The translations under genes and the position numbers were made by a program. Positions 7,708 through 17,563 of a stretch of 18,954 nucleotides of DNA are shown one piece after another. Under the pieces are notes generated by a model that ran no database searches, was not told where the DNA came from, and was given only the letters and a program-made list of their open reading frames with translations. Numbering within the stretch: position 1 is the stretch's first letter; every line of letters begins with the position of its first letter. Origin of the DNA: Azolla caroliniana (lineage: Eukaryota > Plantae > Polypodiophyta); assembly GCA_043228905.1 (NCBI GenBank), contig JBHGNT010000624.1, positions 1 through 18,954 of the forward strand, written 5' to 3'.

Positions 7708-10700
7708 ATGGAAGGCGGCGGTGGTGGGCCTCCGGGCATGATGGTGTTGAACTCACAGAACTACGCCGACTGGAAGATAAAGATGGAAGACCTTCTCATC
7801 GTTCGGGACCTGTATGAACCGATCGACAGGTCGGAAATACCCAAGGGGGTACTTGAGACGGAGTGGAGGCTTCTGAACCGGAAAGCCGTTGCAACCATTC
7901 GGCAATACGTCGACGTGAGCGTTCTACAACACGTGGCGAACGACACCAACGCATATGAGATGTGGAGAAAGCTGTCGGGCCTCTACGAGAGGAAGAATGC
8001 GTTGAACCGGACCTCCCTGATGAGAAACATAGTGAACCTCAAGTACCGGGACGGCGAGAGTATGGTGGAACACGTAAGCACGTTCATGGGATTCGTGAAC
8101 CAGCTTGCGGCGATCAAGTTCCCGTTGGAGGATGCAATGCAAGCCATCATCCTGATGTGTACATTGCCGGACAGCTGGGAGAACTTGGTGGTGACTCTCA
8201 GCACCTCCTGCACAGAAGATAACTTGTCCTTACAAACGGTAAAGACAAGTATTTTGAACGAAGAAGCGCGTCGGAGAGATAAGGAACCGGCCTCCGACTC
8301 AAAGGCGCTGCTTACCGAATCGGAACGGGGAAGACAATGGAACCGGAATCCGCAAAGACGGGAGAAGTCGGGGACCCGGTCGCAGTCAAGAGGAAGACCC
8401 ACATGCTTCCACTGTGGGAAGCCGGGGCACTTCCGGAAGAATTGTCGGCATTACCGAAAAGACAACGGAGCCGACGACACCGATTCGAAGAAGTCACCGG
8501 AGAGAAACGGTGCATACCGGGGAGCCACGGACCGGAGAGGTCCGGATCGGCGAGGGCAGGACCGGAAAGGAACGACGGCACTCGCGGCAAGTGAGGAAGA
8601 AATCATGCTCATCACCGAAGAAGGTGAGCTAAACATTGCCGGCGATGAGACGACCTGGGTGGTCGATTCCGGAGCGTCGTTCCACCTGACCCCAGAAAGA
8701 AGATACTTCTCATCCTACACAGCCGGTGAGCAAGGCTGTGTTCGGATGGGAAATGAAGGTACGTGCCGGATCGCCGGCATAGGAGACGTGTGGTTGACAA
8801 CCTCGACCGGATGCAAAATGCTGCTGAAGGATGTTCGACACGTTCCGGAGGTTCGATTGAACCTGATTTCGGCCGGGAGGCTAGACGATGAAGGCTACAC
8901 GGGTAGCATCCGGAACGGTGTCATGAAGTTCAGCAAAGGGAGCCTGATAGTGGCTCGGGCCCGGAAGATCAACACACTGTACCTGATGAATTCCCGGCTA
9001 TGTCCGGAGGAGCTGAACGTGGCAGCTGACACTGCCGGTGAGCTGTGGCACAAAAGACTGTGCCACATGAGTGAGAAGGGGATGAAGAGGCTTGCAGAAG
9101 ACAACCTTATTCCAGTGAAGCATGTGCACCTGGAGAAGTGCACCGATTGCCTGGCCGGTAAGCAGAACCGAACCTCCTTCCACTCAAGGCCACCGACGAG
9201 ACGTAGCGCACCATTGGAGTTGGTGCATACTGATGTGTGTCAGGTAGAAACGAAGTCACATGGCGGAGCCCAGTACTTTGTAACATTCATAGATGACCAT
9301 AGCCGGAAGCTGTGGACGGCACCGTTGAAGACAAAGGACCAAGTATTGTCCGTCTTCAAAGAACTTCACGCGAGAGTGGAAAGGGAATCCGGCAAGAAGC
9401 TGAAAGCGATACGAGCGGATAACGGAGGGGAATACCGGGGGCAGTTCCAGGAGTACTGTCGCTCGAAGGGAATCCGGCTCGAGTTTACTGTGCCGAAGAC
9501 GCCGGAACTGAACGGGCTGGCCGAGAGGATGAACCGGACCATAATGGAGAGGGTCCGGAGTATGCTGGCGCATGCGAAATTACCCAAGGGGTTTTGGGCT
9601 GAGGCAATGTCAACGGCGACATACGTGATAAACAGATCACCCTCAGTACCTTTGGACGGAGACACGCCGCAGAGAGTGTGGACCGGTAGGGAAGTATCCT
9701 ACCGGCATCTGAAGGTGTTCGGGTGTCTCGCATATGTGCATGTGGCAAAGGACCGGAGAGGAAAGCTAGACCCAAAGACCCGGCCATGCATATTCCTCGA
9801 TTACGGCGACGATGAGTTCGGCTACCGAGTATGGGACCCGGTCGACAAGAAGATATTCAGGAGTCGAGACATCATCTTCATGGAGGACAAGACACTCGCC
9901 GACTGGGAGTCGGAGAAGAAGATGAAGAGCTCCAAGTCGACCGGTGAGGATCAACTCTACGAGGAGCAGTCCCGACCGGCAAGGGACCGGTTAGCACTCG
10001 AGGATCCGGCCGAAGACGGTGAAGAAACAGAACCGGCCGAAGAAGATGAAAATGATACCGGAACCGGCCCCGATCCCGAAATGGATTCGGATGAAGAAGA
10101 ATCGGAAGAACCGGTTACCGAAGCTCTGGAACGGAGATACCCTCTAAGAGAGAGAAGGGCCCCCCGGAGATTTCCGGAACCAGAGCACGTGTTGCTAACC
10201 GACGAGGGGGAGCCGGAGAGCTTTGAAGAAGCAAAGCATGACACCCAGAGCCGCAGGTGGTTGAGTGCCATGCAGGACGAGATGGATTCCCTGCATGAGA
10301 ACCACACATATGAACTTGTGGAGTTGCCGAAAGGAAAGCGGGCACTTCGAAACAAGTGGGTGTTCAAGTTGAAACCGGGAGATGCCGAAAACCCCCCGAG
10401 ATACAAAGCCAGGATCGTGGTGAAGGGGTTCCAGCAGAAGAAGGGCGTCGACTTCGACAAGATATTTGCCCTGGTAGTGAAGATGACCTCCATCCGGACG
10501 GTGCTGAGCATAGCGGCAAGCATGGACCTCGAGGTAGAACAGATGGACGTGAAGACGGCATTCCTTCACGGTGACCTCGAAGAAGAGATCTACATGCAGC
10601 AACCGGAAGGATTCGAGAAGAAAGGGAAGGAGCACCTGGTATGCCGGTTGAAGAAGAGCCTTTACGGACTGAAGCAGGCTCCCCGGCAATGGTACCGGAA

Positions 10701-11781
10701 GTTCGACTCCTTCATGACCGACGAAGGGTACCGCAAAACGCAGTCCGACCACTGCGTGTTTGTGAAGAAGTTCGAAGGAGGAGACTTTCTAATACTCCTC
10801 CTGTACGTGGACGACATGTTGATCGTCGGACGGGACCAGGGCAAGATACGGATGCTGAAGAAAGCACTTCACCGAACCTTCTCAATGAAGGACCTGGGTC
10901 CGGCGAGGCAAATACTAGGGATGCACATCATCCGAGACCGGAAGAAGAAGCAGTTGTGGCTGTCACAAGAGAAGTACGTGACAAAGGTGCTTCACCGGTT
11001 CAACATGTCGGAAGCAAGACCGGTCGGGTCAACACTCCCGGCAAACTGCAAGCTGTCCAGCAAGCAAAGCCCCAAGACAAAGGCTGAGAAGGAGGACATG
11101 ATGAAAGTACCATATGCCTCTGCCGTCGGAAGCTTGATGTACGCAATGGTGTGTACAAGACCGGACATAGGATACGCAGTCGGAGTGGTGAGCCGGTACA
11201 TGAGCAATCCCGGCAAGGAGCACTGGAACGCGGTCAAGTGGACACTCCGATACCTGAAGGGCACGGCAAACGTGTGCCTCCGATTCGGCTCCGGTAAGCC
11301 CGAACTCGACGGCTTCACCGATTCGGATATGTCGGCTGATGCAGATACCAGCCGGTCCACATCAGGGTATGTGATGACGTATGCAGGGGGAGCTGTTTCG
11401 TGGCAGTCGAGGCTGCAGAAGACGGTTGCGTTGTCAACCACGGAGGCGGAGTACATGGCGGCTGTTGAAGCCGGCAAGGAAATGATATGGATGAAGGACT
11501 TCATTAGAGAGCTCGGTATCCGGCAGGAGGAGTACCGACTCTACTGCGACAGTCAGAGTGCCATCCACCTTGCGAAGAACGCGGCCTATCACTCCCGGAC
11601 GAAGCACATCCAGCGAAGATATCACTGGATCCGGGAAAGGATAGAAGACCAGGAGTTCGTGCTGACGAAGATCCACACGGACGAGAACGGCTCAGATATG
11701 TTGACCAAAGTGCTCACACCCGACAAGCTGGAAGCATGCCGGAAGAGGATCGGATTGGAGAGACATCCCATGCCGAAGTGA
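7708..11781 (+). CDS. Copia gag-pol polyprotein, 1357 aa (Gag, CCHC zinc knuckle, protease, integrase, RT, RNase H)
   Basis: Motifs: NYADWKIKM (Gag N-terminus), CFHCGKPGHFRKNC, WVVDSGASFH (protease), LWHKRLCH..C..C, HTDVC..DNGGEY..NGLAERMNRT (integrase DDE), GKLDPK, YGLKQAPRQW and YVDDM (RT), TDSD/EAEY/CDSQSA (RNase H). Confidence 0.97.
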   Translation: MEGGGGGPPGMMVLNSQNYADWKIKMEDLLIVRDLYEPIDRSEIPKGVLETEWRLLNRKAVATIRQYVDVSVLQHVANDTNAYEMWRKLSGLYERKNALNRTSLMRNIVNLKYRDGESMVEHVSTFMGFVNQLAAIKFPLEDAMQAIILMCTLPDSWENLVVTLSTSCTEDNLSLQTVKTSILNEEARRRDKEPASDSKALLTESERGRQWNRNPQRREKSGTRSQSRGRPTCFHCGKPGHFRKNCRHYRKDNGADDTDSKKSPERNGAYRGATDRRGPDRRGQDRKGTTALAASEEEIMLITEEGELNIAGDETTWVVDSGASFHLTPERRYFSSYTAGEQGCVRMGNEGTCRIAGIGDVWLTTSTGCKMLLKDVRHVPEVRLNLISAGRLDDEGYTGSIRNGVMKFSKGSLIVARARKINTLYLMNSRLCPEELNVAADTAGELWHKRLCHMSEKGMKRLAEDNLIPVKHVHLEKCTDCLAGKQNRTSFHSRPPTRRSAPLELVHTDVCQVETKSHGGAQYFVTFIDDHSRKLWTAPLKTKDQVLSVFKELHARVERESGKKLKAIRADNGGEYRGQFQEYCRSKGIRLEFTVPKTPELNGLAERMNRTIMERVRSMLAHAKLPKGFWAEAMSTATYVINRSPSVPLDGDTPQRVWTGREVSYRHLKVFGCLAYVHVAKDRRGKLDPKTRPCIFLDYGDDEFGYRVWDPVDKKIFRSRDIIFMEDKTLADWESEKKMKSSKSTGEDQLYEEQSRPARDRLALEDPAEDGEETEPAEEDENDTGTGPDPEMDSDEEESEEPVTEALERRYPLRERRAPRRFPEPEHVLLTDEGEPESFEEAKHDTQSRRWLSAMQDEMDSLHENHTYELVELPKGKRALRNKWVFKLKPGDAENPPRYKARIVVKGFQQKKGVDFDKIFALVVKMTSIRTVLSIAASMDLEVEQMDVKTAFLHGDLEEEIYMQQPEGFEKKGKEHLVCRLKKSLYGLKQAPRQWYRKFDSFMTDEGYRKTQSDHCVFVKKFEGGDFLILLLYVDDMLIVGRDQGKIRMLKKALHRTFSMKDLGPARQILGMHIIRDRKKKQLWLSQEKYVTKVLHRFNMSEARPVGSTLPANCKLSSKQSPKTKAEKEDMMKVPYASAVGSLMYAMVCTRPDIGYAVGVVSRYMSNPGKEHWNAVKWTLRYLKGTANVCLRFGSGKPELDGFTDSDMSADADTSRSTSGYVMTYAGGAVSWQSRLQKTVALSTTEAEYMAAVEAGKEMIWMKDFIRELGIRQEEYRLYCDSQSAIHLAKNAAYHSRTKHIQRRYHWIRERIEDQEFVLTKIHTDENGSDMLTKVLTPDKLEACRKRIGLERHPMPK

Positions 11782-11789
11782 AGGGGGAG
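11780..11789 (+). other. Polypurine tract of inner element
   Basis: GAAGGGGGAG overlaps the stop codon and ends 2 nt before the 3' LTR. Confidence 0.9.
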
Positions 11790-11791
11790 TT

Positions 11792-12431
11792 TGTTGGGAT
11801 TTCGGTCCCTCCGGATGGGATGTCCGGAGATGATGAAGACCCCGGCTACGGAGCCGGATGATGAATACCCCGGCTACGGAGCCGGATGCTGAAGACCCCG
11901 GTTACGGAGCCGGATGCTGAAGACCCCGGTTACGGAGCCGGATGACGAATGTAACCGGAGAGAGATCCGGATGCGGGGACATATTTGTGAATATGTTTTG
12001 CCAAGAGCCCTTGAGGCTATACTTGTAAATAGCCCGAAAGTCATATGTGTATAAATATGACTTTAGGGCAAACAGTTTAAAATGTTGTTGCTCATTTTTA
12101 TGCGAAGTGAGAGCAGCCAAGTGAGAGCAGCCGAGAGAGACTGAGAGAGAGAGAGAGAGAGAGAGACGAAGAGGTCGTTGCCTCTGTGTATTACCGCCGC
12201 CTGTGGCGAAGACAGTGAGCTCAAGGTTGTTGCCTTGTAGCTTCACCAGTGTACATCCCTGTTCATAGTGATAGTTGGAGTTTGAGGACTCCCGTGGTTT
12301 TTTCCCATTTAGGGTTTTCCACGTAAAATATCCAGTGTACCTTTCTCTCCATTGTCCTCGTGCACTTTGTATTTCCCGTTTACTGTGAGTTGATCCTATT
12401 CCTCGGTTGTGGCCGAGCACTGTTTGTAACA
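11792..12431 (+). repeat. 3' LTR of inner element (640 bp)
   Basis: Direct repeat of 7041-7676, followed by TSD TGAAC. Confidence 0.97.
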
Positions 12432-15400
12432 TGAACCGGATTTTTCGACAAGGCGACAACACCTTGGTTGTCGCTATAGACAACTGGAGTCGAGTCGTGG
12501 TCGACTTGCCGAAACGTGTGCGCCAGCCGGCCGAGCCACAGAGCTTCTTTTGCGGCATCGGACGCAGCTACATATTCTGCTTCGGTCGTTGAGGTCGCTG
12601 TGCACTCCTGAAGTTTCGACTTCCACGAAATTGCTCCATTGCCGAATTTGAAGCAGTATCCGGTTGTTGATTTCCGACTGTCTATACAGCCAGCGAAGTC
12701 CGAGTCGGTGTAACCGACTACGCCTGAGGTTGAGTTCGGACCGAAAAGAATGTCGTGGTCTTTTGTGCCAGCCAGATATTTGAACACATGCTTGACTGCG
12801 TTCCAATGCGATCGGCCAGGATTGTGCATAAATCTGCTAACGACTCCTACGGCATGAGAAATATCAGGCCGTGTCGCGACCATCAGGTACATAAGGGAGC
12901 CGACTGCTGGTGCATACGGTACCGACTTCATATCTTCCCCCTCCGGGCCGGATGTCGGGCAGTCTCGCTGAGAGAGCCGAAGATTCATGGGGAGCGGGGT
13001 TGAAGCAGATTTGGCTGAGTGCATGTTGAAGCGTTCCAAGACACGTCCGGTATAGTCGGTCTGAGACAAAAAAAGATGTCGTTTATCGCGATGCCGACTA
13101 ATCTTCATGCCAAGGATGTGTCGTGCCGGACCGAGGTCCTTCATGGCAAACTTCAACCGCAGTTGCCGAATGAGATTGGCAAGTTCGCTCGCGTGGCGTC
13201 CAGAAATTAGCATGTCGTCCACGTAGATGATGAGGAAGATGGGTGATCCATCTTGAGCTGTGTTGGTAAAAAGACAATGGTCCTCATCGCTTTTTGAGAA
13301 GCCGATCGATTGGATGAAGTCGTCGAACTTCTTGTACCATTGTCGCGGTGTCTGTTTGAGGCCGTATAGACTCTTCCTGAGTCGGCAGACTAGATGTTCT
13401 TGGCCAGTTGCCACGAAGCCTTTTGGCTGCTCCATATAAATTTCCTCTTCAAGATCACCATGGAGGAAGGCTGTTTTGACATCTAGCTGAATCAGCTCCA
13501 AGTTGTCGGCTGCCACTACGCCGAGTAGGAAACGAAGGGTTGTCATTTTCACCACTGGTGAAAAAATCTCGTCGAAGTCGACGCCATATTCTTGTCGGAA
13601 GCCCTTCGCGACTAATCTGGCCTTGTACTTTGGGTGGTCGAATCAGACGTCTCTTTTAGTCGATAAACCCACTTGCAAGGAAGAGCACGTCGATTCTTAG
13701 GTAATTCGACCAGATCCCAAGTCTTGTTTGCCCGAATGGAGTGCATTTCCGACTCCATCGCCAGATGCCAGGTGGCTGAATCGACAGATGTCGATGCTTC
13801 TTCGTAAGACGTCGGTTCGCCGGCGTCGGTGAAGAAAATTCCAGGAGAATACCTCTCCGGAGGTTGCGACAGTCTTTCGGATCGTCGAGGTATGATTGGA
13901 CTGGTCGCATCGGGTATCGGTGTCGGATGGTCCGAAAGCGAGTCATGCGGCTGTGCCGAGTCAGAGTTGTCCGAGTCGGTAGTGTAAGGTTCAGCTACCC
14001 GTGAAGCTGACCGTGTGTTAAGAGCGGGGCCTTCTTGAAGGGTCGGCACATCGGAAAATGTTACCCTTCGGACTTCGATCGGTTTTTCGACTGATGGATT
14101 CATAGCCGACTCGTTGAACACAACATCCGAACTTCGAACGATTTGTCTGCGTTCGGGGTCCCAGAGTCGGTATCCCATTTCGCCGTCTGATCCATATCCA
14201 AGGAAAATGCATTTCCTGGACCGAGGTGCAAGTTTTCGGCGATCATCTTTCGGAATAAGGGCGTACGCCTCGCATCCGAAGATCCTCAGCTTGTCGTAAT
14301 TCGGCTTACTGCCGATCCATAGTTCCTGAGGAATTTGAAGTCCTAGAGGTCTATTTGGCGACATATTGATTATGTGTACTGCCGTGAGTAGAGCCTCTGC
14401 CCAGAAGCCATCCGACAGTCTGGAGTGTTGGAGCATGGAAACTATCCGTTCTTGGATTGTCCAATTCATGCGTTCTGCAATCCCGTTTTGCTCCGGACTG
14501 TGTGGTGCCGTAAATTCACGTCGGATGCCGCGTTGTCGGCAGAATTTGACGAATTCTTCTGATTTGAACTCTCCCCCATTGTCGGTCCGAAAGCATTTCA
14601 GTTTTCGGTCAGTTTGATTTTCTACCATAGCGAGCCAATCGGAGAAGATCGAGAAGACACGATCTTTGGTGTGAATTGGATAAGCCCACACCTTTCGAGT
14701 CGAATCGTCAATAAAACTGACGAAGTAAGAGGCACCGCCAAGAGACTGATGCGGCATTGGGCCACAGACGTCCGAGTGGACTAAATCGAGGGGTCTCGTT
14801 TCTCTTGGTTCTAATGTCGGGTGTGATGCGGCTGCTTGTTTGCCATACTGGCAATGTTCGCAGAATTGATGGTCGGAGAAGGAGAGTTTAGGGATGTATC
14901 CGGCTCTAGATAGGTGCGTAATGCCGGCCTTGCTGAGGTGTCCTAATCTTCTGTGCCATAGTGATGACACAGGAATATCCACCAAGAACAGGTTACCCTC
15001 CCTGAGCGTAACATGTAACGGATACAGTGAGTGTATCTTGGGTCCTCTAGCAAGCAGGAGGTTCCCCCTGTGGAGTGTCCACCCTCCCGAAGAAAAACCG
15101 GCACGAATGCCGTCTTCATCTAGTTGTCCGACTGAGATCAATGGCCTTGAGAGCTCGGGTACATGTCGGACATTGTGAAGTACAAGTGTAGAGCCACCTG
15201 CAAGGTTGAGCTCTACTGTGCCGATTCCAATGATGTCACAGTGTTGCGAGTTGCCGACTCGAACTGAGTCGGAGTGACGGATCGTATATTGCCGAAATTG
15301 GGATCGATAAGGAGTCACGTGAAATGACGCGCCCGAATCTAAGAGCCATGTGCTCGATTCTTCAGTCGTGAGCAGAACTTCTGATCCGACTGGATTTTCG

Positions 15401-15710
15401 ATTGATAGTATATTCGGGTCGTTTGGTAGCACATCAGCTGAGAAGCTGACGTAATTGATCTCCTCATGCCGGCCACTCTTCTTGTCTGATTTCTGAGACT
15501 TGTCGTTCTTGTTCTTGAGTGCGCGGCAGTCGGCTTTGATATGTCCGGGTTTCTTGCAATAGTTGCAGATTCGATTATCCCGTGACTGGCTCCGTCTTCG
15601 CTGATTGTTCGGCTGCCGTGAGGAATCTCTTCCTCGTATGTTCGATCGGTCTGTCGAACCTTGTACTACGTAAGCGTCGTCTGTTGAGTCTTTGGCGAAA
15701 GACTTTCTAT
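12432..15710 (-). pseudogene. Disrupted gag-pol of outer copia element (gag-truncated, frameshifted near 13632, interrupted at 12432)
   Basis: ORF 13612-15735 has CNYCKKPGHIKADC, WLLDSGASFH, LWHRRLGH, HSDVCG, DNGGEF and the start of RT. A frameshift in ACCACCCAAAGTAC switches to the KYKARLVAKG frame, which continues as ORF 12380-13555 (YVDDM, YTDSD, EAEY). Confidence 0.93.
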
Positions 15711-15876
15711 TCAATAGAAACAACAATACAACCAACCTTACAAAAAGGTTACTAGGTCACCTTATATAGTGACCGACTTAGGGCAACTACCCTTTATGCT
15801 AATTACACAAATGGCCCAAACTTGAGCTATACAAAGGGATAGTGTGAATACGTCCATTATACACTTGTATTCGACA
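15698..15876 (-). repeat. Truncated 5' LTR of outer element (179 bp)
   Basis: Identical by eye to 6474-6652 but lacks the 120 bp corresponding to 6354-6473. It is fused directly to gag C-terminal codons, with no PBS. Confidence 0.92.
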
Positions 15877-17296
15877 TATAAATGTTGGTGTGGAGCAAAA
15901 TCCGTGGTCATAGAACACGTGGTGCAAACAATTGCTTCTCTTGGGTATTGGTACAAGAAAAATAAAATGTCAAGCTCCAAAGAAGTTTTCAAATGAAGAG
16001 ATAAGTGAGATCCACACCAACAATGCATCAAGGTTGGGTTCATTGAGGAGGCACACTTCAAATGGAATGAAGACATTTATTTTGCGACACAAAGTCATTG
16101 GCCATGAAAAAGATGATGGACAACAATTATCCAAACTATTGTTGTTGGGGTAAATTTTATATTGACTTGACAAATTTTGTTTTAATGATGAGATAAATGA
16201 GATGCATCGAGGTTGGGTTCTAGCATCTTGCTTTATAGTAAGTCCTAGTTTTGGTCACACACTCGAATGAGAACCCATGCTAATTATGTAGCATGAATGC
16301 TAATTTTGTATTGGTTTTAAGGAAATTACTAGAAAAACAATGAGGCATAACTTGATAAAGTATAATGTAGAAGAAATAAATTTACAAATCGATTAGAAAT
16401 TATGGCTAGAAATAAAATGTTGTACATAGTAAACCTTGAAAATTTTGACCTTTAGCTTGAGATCAAAGCCTAAAAGTAACGGTTCTAATGTTTCAATCAT
16501 ACTTTGTAAACTCATACTTTTAACTTTGAAATATTACATTGATAGGTAAGTGATGCTTTTATCCTTAAAACATTGCTTTACAAAATTAGTTCTTTAGAAC
16601 GCAAAGGTAGAGAATGCTAGCATTGCTTTACACAACATAATGAATGTTAAAAACAAATTGACATATTATTTTGAGATATATTCCTTTGGAAATATCTAGA
16701 TTGTCTCCAATAGATGTGATAGGTGGATGCATCGATAGGTTTTGTTTATCATCCTTGAAGATCAAACATGACTATGGATGAAAGCATAATATCATCATGT
16801 AATATGCATGGAGTTGATTAGTGACTCTCACTATCCAATGATTTTACTAATGGACATTCATTGAGAAAGCACAGACTTGATTGTGTTTGAAGGTGGATCA
16901 TTGTAGTGCTCATTAGCTTGTTTGGGGCAAAATATGTATAATTAACAAGTCTCCTCACTTGTGTCCTAGTGTTTCATTTCCGATAGAAGAGAATGTGACC
17001 CAAGGTGTTTAGAAGCAATGGTGCCAATGGGTAACAAAGAGATATAATATATAGTTTATTATTGTCCTCAAAGTTAAAACATGAGAAAGGGTGAAATAAA
17101 GAAGAAAGAAAGAAATATTAATGTCTTCTAAGACCGAAATTGGCCCATGGGACAATTGGTTTACAACAAAATGGGGTGTGTACCCATTCATCGAAAAAAA
17201 TAAAAAAAATATAGATAAAAGAGTTATAGTATTGTACAAAATGTGTTATAAAATAACATATTCTATAAAGGAAATGGCTTTGTGTTAGGCCTAGTT

Positions 17297-17563
17297 TCAT
17301 TTCCATCCAAGTCTCTCGAAAAGAAGCAGGAAATCAAAAGGTTTCAATGTGGGTGTGGGTCGTGGTCCCAATGTAAAAGTTACCCCAACCATAGCTTCTA
17401 GGCGGCCTAACTCACGTTCCCTTATCTTCTTAATTGCTTCTACACCACTAGTTAATTTGAACCCTGCCGTCTGAGGGTGTTTGGTTGTTCTTTGGTTTTT
17501 TGCTTCAGCAAAGGAGAGGTCGAGTGGTGCAGGTATGTCCACATTCATCGTCTCCCCGTGTCC
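17297..17563 (-). other. Candidate terminal coding exon (88 aa) of an unidentified gene or transposon
   Basis: Acceptor-like TTTTTTCAG|G at 17564, GC-richer open frame GHGETMNVDIPAP...FERLGWK*. No recognisable domain. Confidence 0.3.

Larger units (their letters stand above)
7041..12431 (+). mobile_element. Full-length Ty1/copia LTR retrotransposon (Tnt1/Tork-like), nested
   Basis: LTRs 7041-7676 and 11792-12431 (TGTTG...TAACA), perfect 5-bp TSD TGAAC (7036-7040, 12432-12436), PBS, PPT and a single uninterrupted gag-pol ORF. The lineage call rests on resemblance to Tnt1 motifs and is less certain than the superfamily call. Confidence 0.98.
6354..15876 (-). mobile_element. Defective Ty1/copia LTR retrotransposon (outer/host element), interrupted by a nested copia element
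   Basis: The direct repeats 6474-6652 and 15698-15876 appear identical. Minus-strand LTR termini are TGTCGA...ACAACA, and PPT GGGGGAG abuts the 3' LTR. Domain order on - is zinc knuckle-PR-INT-RT-RH. Flanks GATAA (6349-6353) and TATAA (15877-15881) match 4/5 as a TSD, so the left boundary is less certain. Confidence 0.92.

Noticed and set aside
12380-12431. C-terminus VTNSARPQPRNRINSQ of the 391-aa ORF
   Set aside because: Read-through into the antisense inner LTR; the true continuation is at 7040-6846.
7761-15178. Many 60-190 aa ORFs overlapping both pol genes
   Set aside because: Shadow ORFs expected in GC-rich coding DNA, with no motifs.
15711-15735. New start for the truncated outer polyprotein (MVVLLFLLN)
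   Set aside because: The start is TTG in LTR sequence with an in-frame stop shortly upstream and no ATG.
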